A stretch of DNA of 63,958 bases, the filler included, from Stramenopiles sp. TOSAG23-2 (lineage: Eukaryota), in the NCBI GenBank assembly GCA_900128395.1. It is 4 parts of 4 records of this genome, joined end to end, with 100 filler letters (N's around TTAATTAATTAA, not from the genome) between each part and the next. Parts side by side here need not be neighbours in the genome. Positions count along the whole stretch, not along the records: positions 1 to 16,999 come from LT649660.1; positions 17,100 to 34,006 come from LT649661.1; 2 more parts are not named here. One strand, 5' to 3'. Below, in pieces: positions 15,101-25,913 of the stretch. The number at the start of each line of letters is the position of its first letter. The stretch's first letter is position 1. Under the pieces are notes generated by a model, which worked only from the letters and a program-made list of their open reading frames with translations, ran no database searches and was not told the origin of the DNA. A program made the translations under genes and the position numbers.

Positions 15101-16002
15101 AATGTTTGTTGCTATACTATTTGCCACTCTATCGTTACCTTTGGAATACGCAGCTCTCATCTCTTTCAAGTGCTTCGCTATGATATCACTTGCCTCTGAT
15201 TTTAATTTAAACTTCTTATTTTCCTCCTGAACAGCTTTTAAACGTGATTTCTCCGCTCGTAACTTTAATGTTTTTAACTTTTCTCTCCATTTACCAAATT
15301 CTTCTGCAGACGTTTGGCCTTTCGCAAACTCTTCTGCATGCCGTGCCTCTGCTTTCACATTTTCCTCCTCGCGTTTCATATTTTCTATCGCTTTTGGATC
15401 TGCGGTAAGTTCACTATTTTTGATTGTTCCATCCATATATGCATGTGCCTTGGCTTTTAAATCCTCTGCTTTCATAAATGCTTTTTGCCTTTCCTCCCTT
15501 TTAATTGGATTTGGAAACATAGTAGCATTGAATTTCTTCTTTGCATTGATCCTAGCTATACGTTCTAATCGAGCGATTTCTTTCTCCTCCTGCTCAGCGA
15601 TGTGCATGCGACTGCTGCCAATTTCCCTTGCACATTTCTCTGTAAAAGGGAGGATAATTTTTTTCAACTCTGTTGCACCATAGTTTGCATCTTTAATATT
15701 TGCCTCTGCATCTTGACCTGCATCACTATCTGGATCTTGATCATAAACTATTTGTGCTTTAATCGCATCTTTTGTTAATTCACCTAATTTTCCTATCATA
15801 TTTTCTGCCTTCACAACGCACTCCATCTTCGTTTCGTTTTTATTGAAAGGTTTCATTGATGTATATGCTATTGAAGCGACTTGTTGTATATTTGCTAATT
15901 TATCTGTCACCGTTTGTTCAACGGAAACAGTTTCTGCTGTTTTTGCTTGTTTATTTATTGCAACAGCATGACCGGTCGAGACAAAAAGTATGAGCAATAT
16001 TA
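184..16002 (-). CDS. Giant (~5,100 aa) secreted protein with Gly-X-Thr/Ser repeats, long coiled coils, SEA-like segments and a PSI-like Cys domain; 5' end in N gap
   Basis: ORFs 6050-15997, 2570-6034 and 184-2604 join into one frame if the phase-0 intron 6044-6349 is spliced (..KSHAS|VLSLQTNVV..) and one copy of the 94-bp duplication 2491-2677 is removed. N-terminus ILLILFVSTGHAVA looks like a signal peptide; candidate ATG at 16121 across the gap. CAQITSCGKC..CGWCNGRC is PSI-like. Confidence 0.8.
3906..4006 (-). repeat. Coding 9-bp minisatellite encoding (STG)n
   Basis: Plus-strand GTACTTCC(T/C) repeated about 11 times; translates as STGSTGSTG in the giant gene. Confidence 0.95.
6044..6349 (-). 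other. Spliceosomal intron (306 nt, phase 0) with an internal ~66-bp tandem repeat and AT/AC microsatellites
   Basis: Donor GTACGT at 6349, acceptor AAG at 6046-6044; two in-frame stops just before the acceptor; coiled-coil sequence continues in frame across it. Confidence 0.85.
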
Positions 16003-16999
16003 NNNNNNNNNNNNNNNNNNNNNNNNNNNNNNNNNNNNNNNNNNNNNNNNNNNNNNNNNNNNNNNNNNNNNNNNNNNNNNNNNNNNNNNNNNNNNTTACT
16101 ATTATATGACGATATCTTCATGATTATTATTAATACGAGGAAAAAATGTTCAAAACTATTGATTGTATTAATATAATATTATTGGTGATTTGGGAGAGAA
16201 TATTATTTAGTTGGAATCTAATAAATATATTTGTATATATATATCTATTAATATTCCAAACTTGTGAATAAGATATGTATGTATGTAACAATCTTTCTTA
16301 GCTTGGTTGGTTCCTAACTTCCCTATTATTTTTTATTATGTATTGTATTTGTTATGAATATAATATTGTGTTGTGTGTGTGTGTGTGTATGATATAATAT
16401 CATATATATCTATATATCTGATTTAATACAAGGTTTGAGCCCTTCTTTTTTTTATCTAAAGCCCTTTTTCACCTGCCTCCTCCTCTTTTTTCAGATGATT
16501 TTCTTTTTTCTCAATCACCTCACAATCCTTCCTTTTCTAGGCCTGGGCTAGCATTTAAAATGTTTACTATGTTAATTGCATTGCTCAAAATTTGTATATA
16601 GCTATACTCTCAGCAGTAGTATAATATATACTACATGTATAGCCTTACGCACTTTTACCGGGTGCTGTGTGGAGCTAGAATATAGCTCTACATGTAGCTA
16701 TACAGTAGCAGTACTTTTCCTTTGGTGCTTTGTGCCTTTGTCGTGATATTTATTTCATCTGGTACTTTCTAATTCCTTTTTTACAGCCACAGCACCACAC
16801 AACATTATCGGATGTCAAAATAATACAATCTATAAAAATGATGATGGCCACATGTAATGTATATAACTTGAATATATTAGTTTGAATTAATTATAATATA
16901 TTATTACATCTAACCTGTAACAAAAAAATTAGACTAGTTCTTTCTTTCTTTGTGTGCATATATATGTTGTATCGGTGTGTCTGTGTTGTACACGTGCGT

Positions 17000-17099
17000 N
17001 NNNNNNNNNNNNNNNNNNNNNNNNNNNNNNNNNNNNNNNNNNNTTAATTAATTAANNNNNNNNNNNNNNNNNNNNNNNNNNNNNNNNNNNNNNNNNNNN
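17000..17099. other. Artificial contig linker
   Basis: N-run, TTAATTAATTAA (stops in all six frames), N-run. Confidence 0.97.
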
Positions 17100-17479
17100 G
17101 TATCTATCACTGTATTATTAATATCTATCACTGTATTTATGTTACTTGGGATTTGTATCTACGAATGTACGTATCTATCACTTTCAAATACTTCTTCTAT
17201 CTTTGATATATATATCTATGTAGTACATCTCTTGATAAAGTATATATATATATGTTTGCCTGGTTTGATAAATCCTAGACATGCTCTTAATGATATTTAC
17301 ATGCTGTTCCTCTCAGCGGTTAACAGCGTTAGCACCGTTATTTTATTTTCATCAAAAAATGTTGTTGTTTTTGAAAAGTTTTCTTTCATTGCGATTTTAA
17401 GTGTACAAAAAATCCAAAAATAGCCATGAATATAATAATAAGAATTTCCGGTTTTTTTGGACATAAATCTGTATATTAG

Positions 17480-17572
17480 GCAATGTTAGTTACAGCAGGG
17501 CGGTACTATTAAATAGTAGGCATTGTTAGTTACAGCAGGGCGGTACTATTAAATAGTAGGCATTGTTAGTTA
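17480..17572 (+). repeat. 40-bp tandem repeat (~2.3 copies)
   Basis: GCATTGTTAGTTACAGCAGGGCGGTACTATTAAATAGTAG repeated. Confidence 0.9.
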
Positions 17573-17646
17573 TAGAAAAGAGTGGCTCATTTTATTTTTG
17601 TAGTGGTATTACTGGATCCAATGTTGTGTAATGCTATTATCCTGGC

Positions 17647-19111
17647 TACTCTGTGTTCCTGATTGTGTCTCATGAGGCAAAATGCGGCATTTTTTATTAA
17701 GATACGAATACCATTGTAACATAGGAATAGCATTAATCCGATTAAGGGATTACCCCTCACTGGTTTAAGGCCTTTTTTTACTGTACTTATTACTATATAT
17801 AATTTACATAGGTAAATAAAATCCACTCGAGCCAAAAACCAAAATATTTTACGAACGATATACCTCAAATTGCCTAAAACTCATCACTCTGTGTTCCTAA
17901 TTGTGTCTCATGAGGCAAAATGCAGCAAAATGCAGCAAAATGCAGCAGCAAAATACAACGCCGTTAGTTCCAAAAAAAATGAACGTTATAGAGAGTTTGA
18001 ACAAATCACCATAAATTAATTTTATAATGCTATTGTATGCTAGAAAAACGTTAGGAAATCGGCAATTAGCATTACATAACAGGTAAAAATGAAAAAAATT
18101 ACTTTAACTTAGCCAGGTTAGTGAAATATGAAAATAATACCCCACATATATAGAGATATAGATATATAGATATAGACACGAAACACTTTTCAAAAAAGAT
18201 AAATACACAACATGTAAACTAATACGTTCGTATTCATCCTCATACAATTTTTCGAAATTGATAATAATAGATATATAACAAATAAAGGTATTATTAATAT
18301 AGTAAGTATCGCTTCCGAGGTCTTTTATTTACAACAACGGCTAACAAATATACTTTCATTTTACATTTCTGGTTAAAGGTAAGTTAATAATTAAATTTAA
18401 TTATACATTCTATCACAAACTAATATTATATTAATACTAACATGTGCTCAAATATATTGCACTTTGCGATGGAATAAATAAATAAGACTAATATTAGAAT
18501 GATTGTAGCGTCTGCAATTACTAAATGACTTGAACGTCTATAGCTTTCGTTTTTTTTGATTTGCATAAATAATCGAGGAGAGACGAGAGTATAGAATAAA
18601 CAATATATAATACATACGTTATCATTTGTGCATTTATCATTTTTATTATATTCTTTATTCTTCCTATTTTTTAATTTCAGTATACTAGTTACAATACTAT
18701 ATAATACCTATATCCCGATTCGCTTTCGCTGGGAAAATCTTATGGTAAATAGTAAATATCTTAGTCCTTAAGAGGCAAAATTCAAAATGCTGCATTTTGC
18801 TTCATTTTGCTGCATTGCTCATGGGCCGCGGCCACCCCTACATGTTATAGGGGCCGAACGAAAAGTGAATGTTTAAGGAAATTGAGTAAAAAATATACAA
18901 AATTCTACATGTTGTAATGAAATATCATAACAAAAGTTGGATTTTATGTATATCAAGCCAATAAACAGCTGGAAATCTGCGTCCTGGTTTAATACTTAAT
19001 TTTTAGTGATATTTGGTTGATAATAAAATAGCATACACACAGCATCGAATAAAAAAATGCCGCATTTTGCTGCATTTTGCCTCATGAGACACAATCAGGA
19101 ACACAGAGTAG
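17647..19111. mobile_element. Putative non-autonomous inverted-repeat (MITE/foldback-like) element
   Basis: CTACTCTGTGTTCCTGATTGTGTCTCATGAGGCAAAATGC at 17647, near-copy at ~17886, and reverse complement at ~19050-19111; GCAAAATGCA decamer arrays; no coding capacity. Confidence 0.55.
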
Positions 19112-19626
19112 TGCTATATGTATATATTTTTTAATCCCATAATTTAAGGATTTATAACTTTTTATAATAATATGAGAATACCATTATCCAATGCTGGAAT
19201 GCTTTCCATATTACAATTTTATCTAAATACCTATATCCTATATCATGTGTGTGCTCATCTTAATCTAAAGAATGCAAGTATCAAATATTAATGAGTATTA
19301 TATGGCATATTTAATTTTTAATACTCATACATCATGTATTTCATGTATTAATACGTATAATTATGAGTATGGTCACAGCACCTCGCGCCTCCCTTCATCA
19401 TATGACTTATGACACATTTTTAACTTTTTTTCTGTACATGGTCTTGTGCCCCTGCTGTGTGACACATCAATATATCTACAAGATATATATGCATACATTT
19501 TAAAAAATAAATTTCAAAACGATATAAATCATAGGTATATTATACAGACGACAAACAATGTGGAAGAAAGGGACATATATATAGATATATAACATTGGAA
19601 GATATTGATTTTCTAGAACCTATAAA

Positions 19627-20959
19627 ATGTCGACGGAAGTAAAAGAACATATATTAATAGTCGCATCATCATCACCAAATAAAAATAAAAGAATAAAAAA
19701 AAAACAACAAAAAAATAAAAAGAGCAAAAAGAAAGCTTCTAAAAAAAAAGATACATCCTCATCATCATCGATATCTACATTAACAATCAATAAATCATTA
19801 CTTTTAATCGTTCTTGTATTAGTCGCTATACGATTTTCATGGAGTCTTATAGAAACGACTGTATATAAACAAGTCGATGGTATGTCAATAAAAGCATCAC
19901 ATTTGATATTGAACAAGATATTGAACAATAGTAATCATTTACAAACATTTGAATCATTTATTAATACCAGTAAATTATTTATGAAAGAAAACAATATAAT
20001 AATAAACAACAACAACAACAACAACAATAATAATAATAATGATAAGAATAACAACGATGAAATTATTGACCCACCAAATGCAAACCCCAATCCAGCTATA
20101 GATTGTTGTAAGCGTAGGCCATATTGTTTGGATAAATGTTGGTTTGGTAAAAATAATTATGCTACTTTATCAACCATAGCATATTCAAGAAATGAATTAA
20201 CACAGAGTTGTTGCAATACGAAAGATGGCGGCGTGCCATTGGACATGACGCTAAAACAAAGAGTATTTTTAAAGATACCAAATGGATTTTTTATTGAGTC
20301 GGGTGGGCAAGATGGTGTCTTTCAAAGCAATACCTTAGTTGCGGAGAAAATCTTTGGATGGCACGGTTTATTGATTGAGCCATCAAAGCAATTAATTGAT
20401 ACGTGTAAATCAATTCGTGAACCAAAATCAAAATGCATTCACGGTGCACTTGCCGAACCTGGTGCTCCAAAGTATGTGATTGGGCCCACTGGATCACCAA
20501 CTGGGAAGACAAAACGTACAAATAGTGGTTCGTTCAATGATAATATGGTACAAACATTTACAATAAGTGAATTATTAAAAATGTATAAAGTTACAAAAGT
20601 TGATTTTTGGAGTTTGGATATTGAAGATCATGAATATAATGCATTGCAAGGTCTAGATTTTTCAATACATAGACCTACATATATATTGATCGAGGTGTGG
20701 AAAGATAATCCTAAAATATTTCGAAAAATGGAATCGGAAGGTTATGTATTACAAGAGGGTATACATGGTAGGAAAGATGTAAGTATTTAAAGATTTATCT
20801 TGTTGTACCTCTAGAACTAGTCACTTTATGTCTCTCTAACAAAATTATTTTCAAAAAAAAAATATTCTTTTTAATGACACATTGATGCATCAGATATCTG
20901 GGTGGGAACATTACACAGCCCATCGAGATTTCTTGTGGAAAGATGGACGTAAAAAGTAA
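19627..20959 (+). CDS. FkbM-family (Methyltransf_21, Star-like) SAM methyltransferase with N-terminal membrane anchor; intron 20779-20893
   Basis: GFFIESGGQDG..SNT..GWHGLLIEP and VDFWSLDIEDHE motifs; hydrophobic SLLLIVLVLVAI; GTAAGT donor at 20779 and CAG acceptor at 20893 give last exon ISGWEHYTAHRDFLWKDGRKK*. Confidence 0.85.
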
Positions 20960-21092
20960 AAAAAATCTAGGAAAAACGAAAAAAAAACAAAGAGGGTTCT
21001 TTAATAAAATTGATTTTAGCATTTTTTAATTTTTTTTTCCAAAAAGACTCTAAAAAATATTACTCCCCTGGTGCGTTCGTGTTAACCACACT

Positions 21093-23516
21093 TTAATCCC
21101 CATCAGATAAATATTCCAATTCAGCTAGTAATTCTGCTTCTTCATCGTCTAATTTGGCTAATTGTACATCATCCGCTGTCCGTTCATCAGATGGTACTAA
21201 ATGTTTCTTATCATCTGGCAATAAAGATCGACTGATTGCAAAAGATAATACACCGCCTTGTTCCGTACCACCTAATAAATGGTAGGTGGAGCTTTGATAA
21301 CCAATACATCGAAATTGATCTGGATGTTCAAACTGTTGTATTACTTTACCTGTCTGATCCGTCTCCGCATCATATTCATAATTCCATACTTTTAAATATC
21401 CATCAAATGCACATGATACTAAATAACCTAAATTATCTAATATTTTCAAATCACGTATTGGACTTGAATGCGCATTGTCAAACGAAGTGACTTCATATGC
21501 ATCCGTTGGATTAGTTACATTCCACATACGTATTGATTTATCATCTGAACCGGAAAATAAGAAATTTGCATCTAAGGACATACATGTAACACTATCACTA
21601 TGCCCTTTTAATTCACATTGCAACGACTGGGACACAACATTCCATATACGTATAATGGTATCATTGCCACCTGTGAAAAAACAACGTTTTTGTGGATCAT
21701 CCGCCGTACCTTGAAATGCTAGACATAAAATTTCTGCATCTAAAATATTACCAGCCATTACACCAATGGAACATTCAATACCATGATGGGCTTGGAATAA
21801 ATTTTCCAACCTTGGTTTAACACTACGACGTTTTGTAATATCCCAAATACCAACTTTACCATCATACCCTGCAGTTATTAAATAATCCACTCGATGAAGT
21901 GGCGCAAAAACCATGCAACTGACTGTATTTGTATGTTCACGCAATGCAATTGTAGACCCAGATGACGGATTCCACCATCTCACACTACCATCTTCATTTC
22001 CAGTGACAAGTACATTTGAATCTTCTAAATATATCATACAACTAATTTCACTACGTGTTTCTGTTAAGGTAAAGATACATGACATATCATATGGATCCCA
22101 ACATCGAATAGTATTATCAATGGATGCTGAATAGATACGATTACTAACTTGTCGTCTTACATGGTGTTCATCATGATGTTGATGATGGGAGGAAGAATGT
22201 GATTTTTTCCCTTCATGATGTTGATTATGACTATTATTATTATTATTAGTAGTAGTAGTACCACCATCATGCTTCGTCCCTTCTCCATTATTGTTTTTTT
22301 TACTTTCATGATTACCATGTAATTGTGCAGATAATATGGCAATAACAGGGCCTACATGGCCTTTGTATTCCTCAAATTTCATTTCACGTGATATATGCCA
22401 TCGTTCTAAACAATTTTCACCAGTTATAAATATATTATCTGTTTTTCCATTTACGGATATGCTAGTTAACGGCCCATGAAATATACGTTGTTGTTTTATA
22501 CATTTTTCCATATATATATTCCAAATATGTACATAACCATTTGAATCGATTAAAAATAATTCTTGTTGCTGTTCATTCCAATCCAGACCGGTGTAACGGC
22601 ATCGATGCGGGTTGTCGACGGATAAAAATGGATTTCCCGTCATCGCATCAAATACGCGCATTGAATTATCATATGATAATGTTATGACAAAATTTTGCGA
22701 TTGTACTATAAGAACATGTGTTACACCTAAACGATGTACAACTTGTCGTGTACGATGTTTATCTAATACAAAAATATCTTTTTCTCCAAATTTATTTTTC
22801 TTTGCTTTATTGTACATGGTAGATAAAAAATCTTGTTGATTATAAAATGACAACCCACCTTCCGAATCGACTACATATGCAGACAATGTATCCCCTCCCC
22901 TTAATGCTATTGACGTTACCCATAAATCTCCACCCATACGTATAGATTGTACACATTCAAACCATGGAAATAATAATAAATCACGTCCAGGTGCAGGTTT
23001 CCATATACGCATGGTATGATCATTTCCACAGCTTAACAATAAATTTTCACTATGTGATAATGCACTGACAGTGCTGCCATGACCATCTAATTTCTGTACA
23101 CATTGTTGTGATTTATTTGTAGCGGATGGATTCCATACACGTATCGTTCGATCAACACTACCAGTAAATAATAAACCATCTGGACTATAATGTTCATCAT
23201 ATATTAAACATGTAACTGGACCTTGATGACCTATTAAATGGAATTCTTTCAGTTCAAAACTATCTTGATTACGTGCCGATGTTGGTTTCCAATAAATGAC
23301 AACACCATCGCTTCGCCCAGCAAAAATTGCACGTTTTTTCCTACGACTAACATGGCATAATAATTGTACACGCGATATAGTTGGTACTTTCCGTTGCATT
23401 AAACGTTCCAAACGTTCATCCGCAGTTGCTTCTTTTTTTTTATTATTGGAAGATGATGATGATGATGATTGATTAGCAGGTCCCGTACGGAATACTTCTT
23501 GCCGTGTTAATTCCAT
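21093..23516 (-). CDS. WD40-repeat protein (probably two beta-propellers)
   Basis: Many GH..WD/WN repeats (GHQGPVTCL..GSVDRTIRVWN; GHSDSVTCM..GSDDKSIRMWN); first ATG at 23516. Confidence 0.92.
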   Translation of the reverse strand: MELTRQEVFRTGPANQSSSSSSSNNKKKEATADERLERLMQRKVPTISRVQLLCHVSRRKKRAIFAGRSDGVVIYWKPTSARNQDSFELKEFHLIGHQGPVTCLIYDEHYSPDGLLFTGSVDRTIRVWNPSATNKSQQCVQKLDGHGSTVSALSHSENLLLSCGNDHTMRIWKPAPGRDLLLFPWFECVQSIRMGGDLWVTSIALRGGDTLSAYVVDSEGGLSFYNQQDFLSTMYNKAKKNKFGEKDIFVLDKHRTRQVVHRLGVTHVLIVQSQNFVITLSYDNSMRVFDAMTGNPFLSVDNPHRCRYTGLDWNEQQQELFLIDSNGYVHIWNIYMEKCIKQQRIFHGPLTSISVNGKTDNIFITGENCLERWHISREMKFEEYKGHVGPVIAILSAQLHGNHESKKNNNGEGTKHDGGTTTTNNNNNSHNQHHEGKKSHSSSHHQHHDEHHVRRQVSNRIYSASIDNTIRCWDPYDMSCIFTLTETRSEISCMIYLEDSNVLVTGNEDGSVRWWNPSSGSTIALREHTNTVSCMVFAPLHRVDYLITAGYDGKVGIWDITKRRSVKPRLENLFQAHHGIECSIGVMAGNILDAEILCLAFQGTADDPQKRCFFTGGNDTIIRIWNVVSQSLQCELKGHSDSVTCMSLDANFLFSGSDDKSIRMWNVTNPTDAYEVTSFDNAHSSPIRDLKILDNLGYLVSCAFDGYLKVWNYEYDAETDQTGKVIQQFEHPDQFRCIGYQSSTYHLLGGTEQGGVLSFAISRSLLPDDKKHLVPSDERTADDVQLAKLDDEEAELLAELEYLSDGD

Positions 23517-24394
23517 TGTTTGGGGTTTTAGATTATTTGTGTATTTGTTTGATATTTTTATTTTCCCCTTCCGTATGGATGTATGGATTTGGATGGAGGA
23601 TTTGTCTTTTTCTGATCCTTGCAAAAATATTTTTATATATTATTAAAAACATTTAAGCAAATGATAAATAATAACTGCCGCAATGCCGCATCGTTTTGTT
23701 GGGGAATTTGATATTGGATATCATCCTTATATCATCATATCATCATATCATCATCAGAGAGATCCGGAGATCCTGTGGAGATCCCTGGGAGATGAGCACA
23801 TGAGCTGAGCAATGAGCATAGTCTATATCGAGCATCCAGCCCTAAGGCCAGCATCACAGCAGGCAATATATTTTATTTAATAAATACCAGGTAAATACAA
23901 TTAGAACAATCTATAATACCAACTCCTTGATGCTATAATTCTAATAATCTCGTAATAGTATTCTAATATCATATACACCAATCAAAAGAATACGATATTT
24001 AAGTATACTCATTTTTTAACCAATCAGAAGACAGAAAGACGTTTGTAATATTTCTGTTAAATCTACCTCCCACCAAATAAGAGGTAAATAGCATTAATAA
24101 ATACCTCTTTTGCAATGTGCTTTTGCTTTGTATCTCCCTCATTCAACAAATACTATTGATAAAGCATATATATGATATATACGACCTCATCGACCACGAC
24201 GACTTCAATGTACATACATATAGATATATAATTGAATTTAAACAATAGATTGTCCTACTTACCTCCTCCCCCTTTTCCCTTCTTTCTCTCTCTTTGAATC
24301 ATTAGGATCTTTTAGTAGAGAATATACAATTATATCATAATAACAATACTTGTTTGTTTGTTTGTTTTTTAATTTTAGACAACACGAAACATTT

Positions 24395-25453
24395 ATGATA
24401 AATATGTTAACCACCATTCCACTACTTTTCATCTATCTATCCGTCGTCTACGCAACCGCACCAATAGCACAACATCAAATATTTCATGCAGGCCCAAATA
24501 GTGAGCTTGTCATCAAATTACGTGGTTACGATGCAGATGGCGACGTGTTAACAGCTACGATATCACCAGGTGATACCAATGCTGGAAAGTTATATCAATT
24601 ATCCCAAGTCTATAGTGACTATGGATACGAACCAAAAACTGGTGATGAAATGAGTAGTAACTCAATTGTAACTGGGTCAAATAACCGTATTGTTTTTGCA
24701 CCAACAAGAGACACACCACAGCCTAGAAACGCCCCATGGAGACAATTCACGTACACCGTAAACGATGGGTCCACGACTAGCAATGTTGGGATTGTTAAAA
24801 TAGTTGGTTCTGATAAGGTTTTGATAGGTTCTTCCTTTTCGGATAGTGCAGAAGATTGGACCATATCACAAAATGGTGCCGGTGGTGTTGGTATATACCA
24901 TGACAGTAGCTCTAGAGGGTTATTGAATCATTATGTATATTCCAAAGAAGATGAGATACATGTCGATGCGGCAGGTGATGATAGTAAATTGTGGTATTTC
25001 AATGCCCCAAACAAATTCTTAGGGAATTTCCTTCATGCTTATGGTGGAAGCTTAGACTTTACTTTAGGTTCTCAAAGTGGTGATTTTTCAAAAACAAATT
25101 TAAATAAAGATGGAAACTTACAGTTTGTTATCTTGGACTGTGCAACTTGCGATCAAGGCAATGGTGTACGGTTAGTCAAATTTTTAAACGACGCCGATGT
25201 TGATTTCGATGGTAAAACAAAACAATTCAGCATCCCGTTGACCCCTAGTACAGGTGGATGGATGAAAGATCCAAAGAATACATTGTTCAAATGGATTAAA
25301 CCAACTGATTGTGAAATGATTGAAGTCCTTGCAGGACTATCAAATATGCGAATATTAGGTGATTTCACACGATGGCATGAAAGTGTTAGTTTAGATGAAG
25401 TTAGTTGGAAACATGGATCTGGTATCCCAATAAGCTGTTATGGACAATATTAA
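24395..25453 (+). CDS. Secreted protein with an Ig-like N-terminal segment and a laminin IV (Laminin_B)-like domain
   Basis: Signal peptide MLTTIPLLFIYLSVVYA; FTYTVNDG motif; LWYFNAPNKFLGNFLHAYGGSLDFTL resembles the laminin IV consensus. Confidence 0.7.
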   Translation: MINMLTTIPLLFIYLSVVYATAPIAQHQIFHAGPNSELVIKLRGYDADGDVLTATISPGDTNAGKLYQLSQVYSDYGYEPKTGDEMSSNSIVTGSNNRIVFAPTRDTPQPRNAPWRQFTYTVNDGSTTSNVGIVKIVGSDKVLIGSSFSDSAEDWTISQNGAGGVGIYHDSSSRGLLNHYVYSKEDEIHVDAAGDDSKLWYFNAPNKFLGNFLHAYGGSLDFTLGSQSGDFSKTNLNKDGNLQFVILDCATCDQGNGVRLVKFLNDADVDFDGKTKQFSIPLTPSTGGWMKDPKNTLFKWIKPTDCEMIEVLAGLSNMRILGDFTRWHESVSLDEVSWKHGSGIPISCYGQY

Positions 25454-25913
25454 TTGATATTATGTATAATATATATACACGTGTGGTTTTGTATATAAAG
25501 TAGATGGAAACAACATAAACATAGAGAAAAACAAAAATACAAAAACAATTCTACACGTTATTACTAAAAACACACATCATGTGTAATATATATGATATAT
25601 CTTTTTAGGTAAAGGAGTAATATGATAGGGAGAGAGAGTTTTGATGAGATATTTGTGTGTATTAAAAATGTGATATTTTATAGATATCTCCCTATTAAAA
25701 GTAAAGAATGAAAAAGTTTATTTTCAATTAGAAATCTTACTCGTAATTTATTTTTCAAATACTTCGTATATTTGTGTAACCATATCATATGATATGTATG
25801 ATATCATACATGTATAATTTAAGAAAGGTTAAATTTTATGCATACACATCCCGCTCATATGCATATATGTATGATATGATAGCACAAAGTATTATGCGAT
25901 AATACAACACAAA

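Noticed and set aside
1052..15683. Long plus-strand ORFs (e.g. 2943-4964, 673 aa, PVL/PVA repeats)
   Set aside because: Antisense shadows of the repetitive giant gene; no independent domain signal.
17480..17572. CRISPR-like array
   Set aside because: Head-to-tail repeats without unique spacers, eukaryotic context, no cas genes; the same applies to 6188-6342 and 52741-52977.
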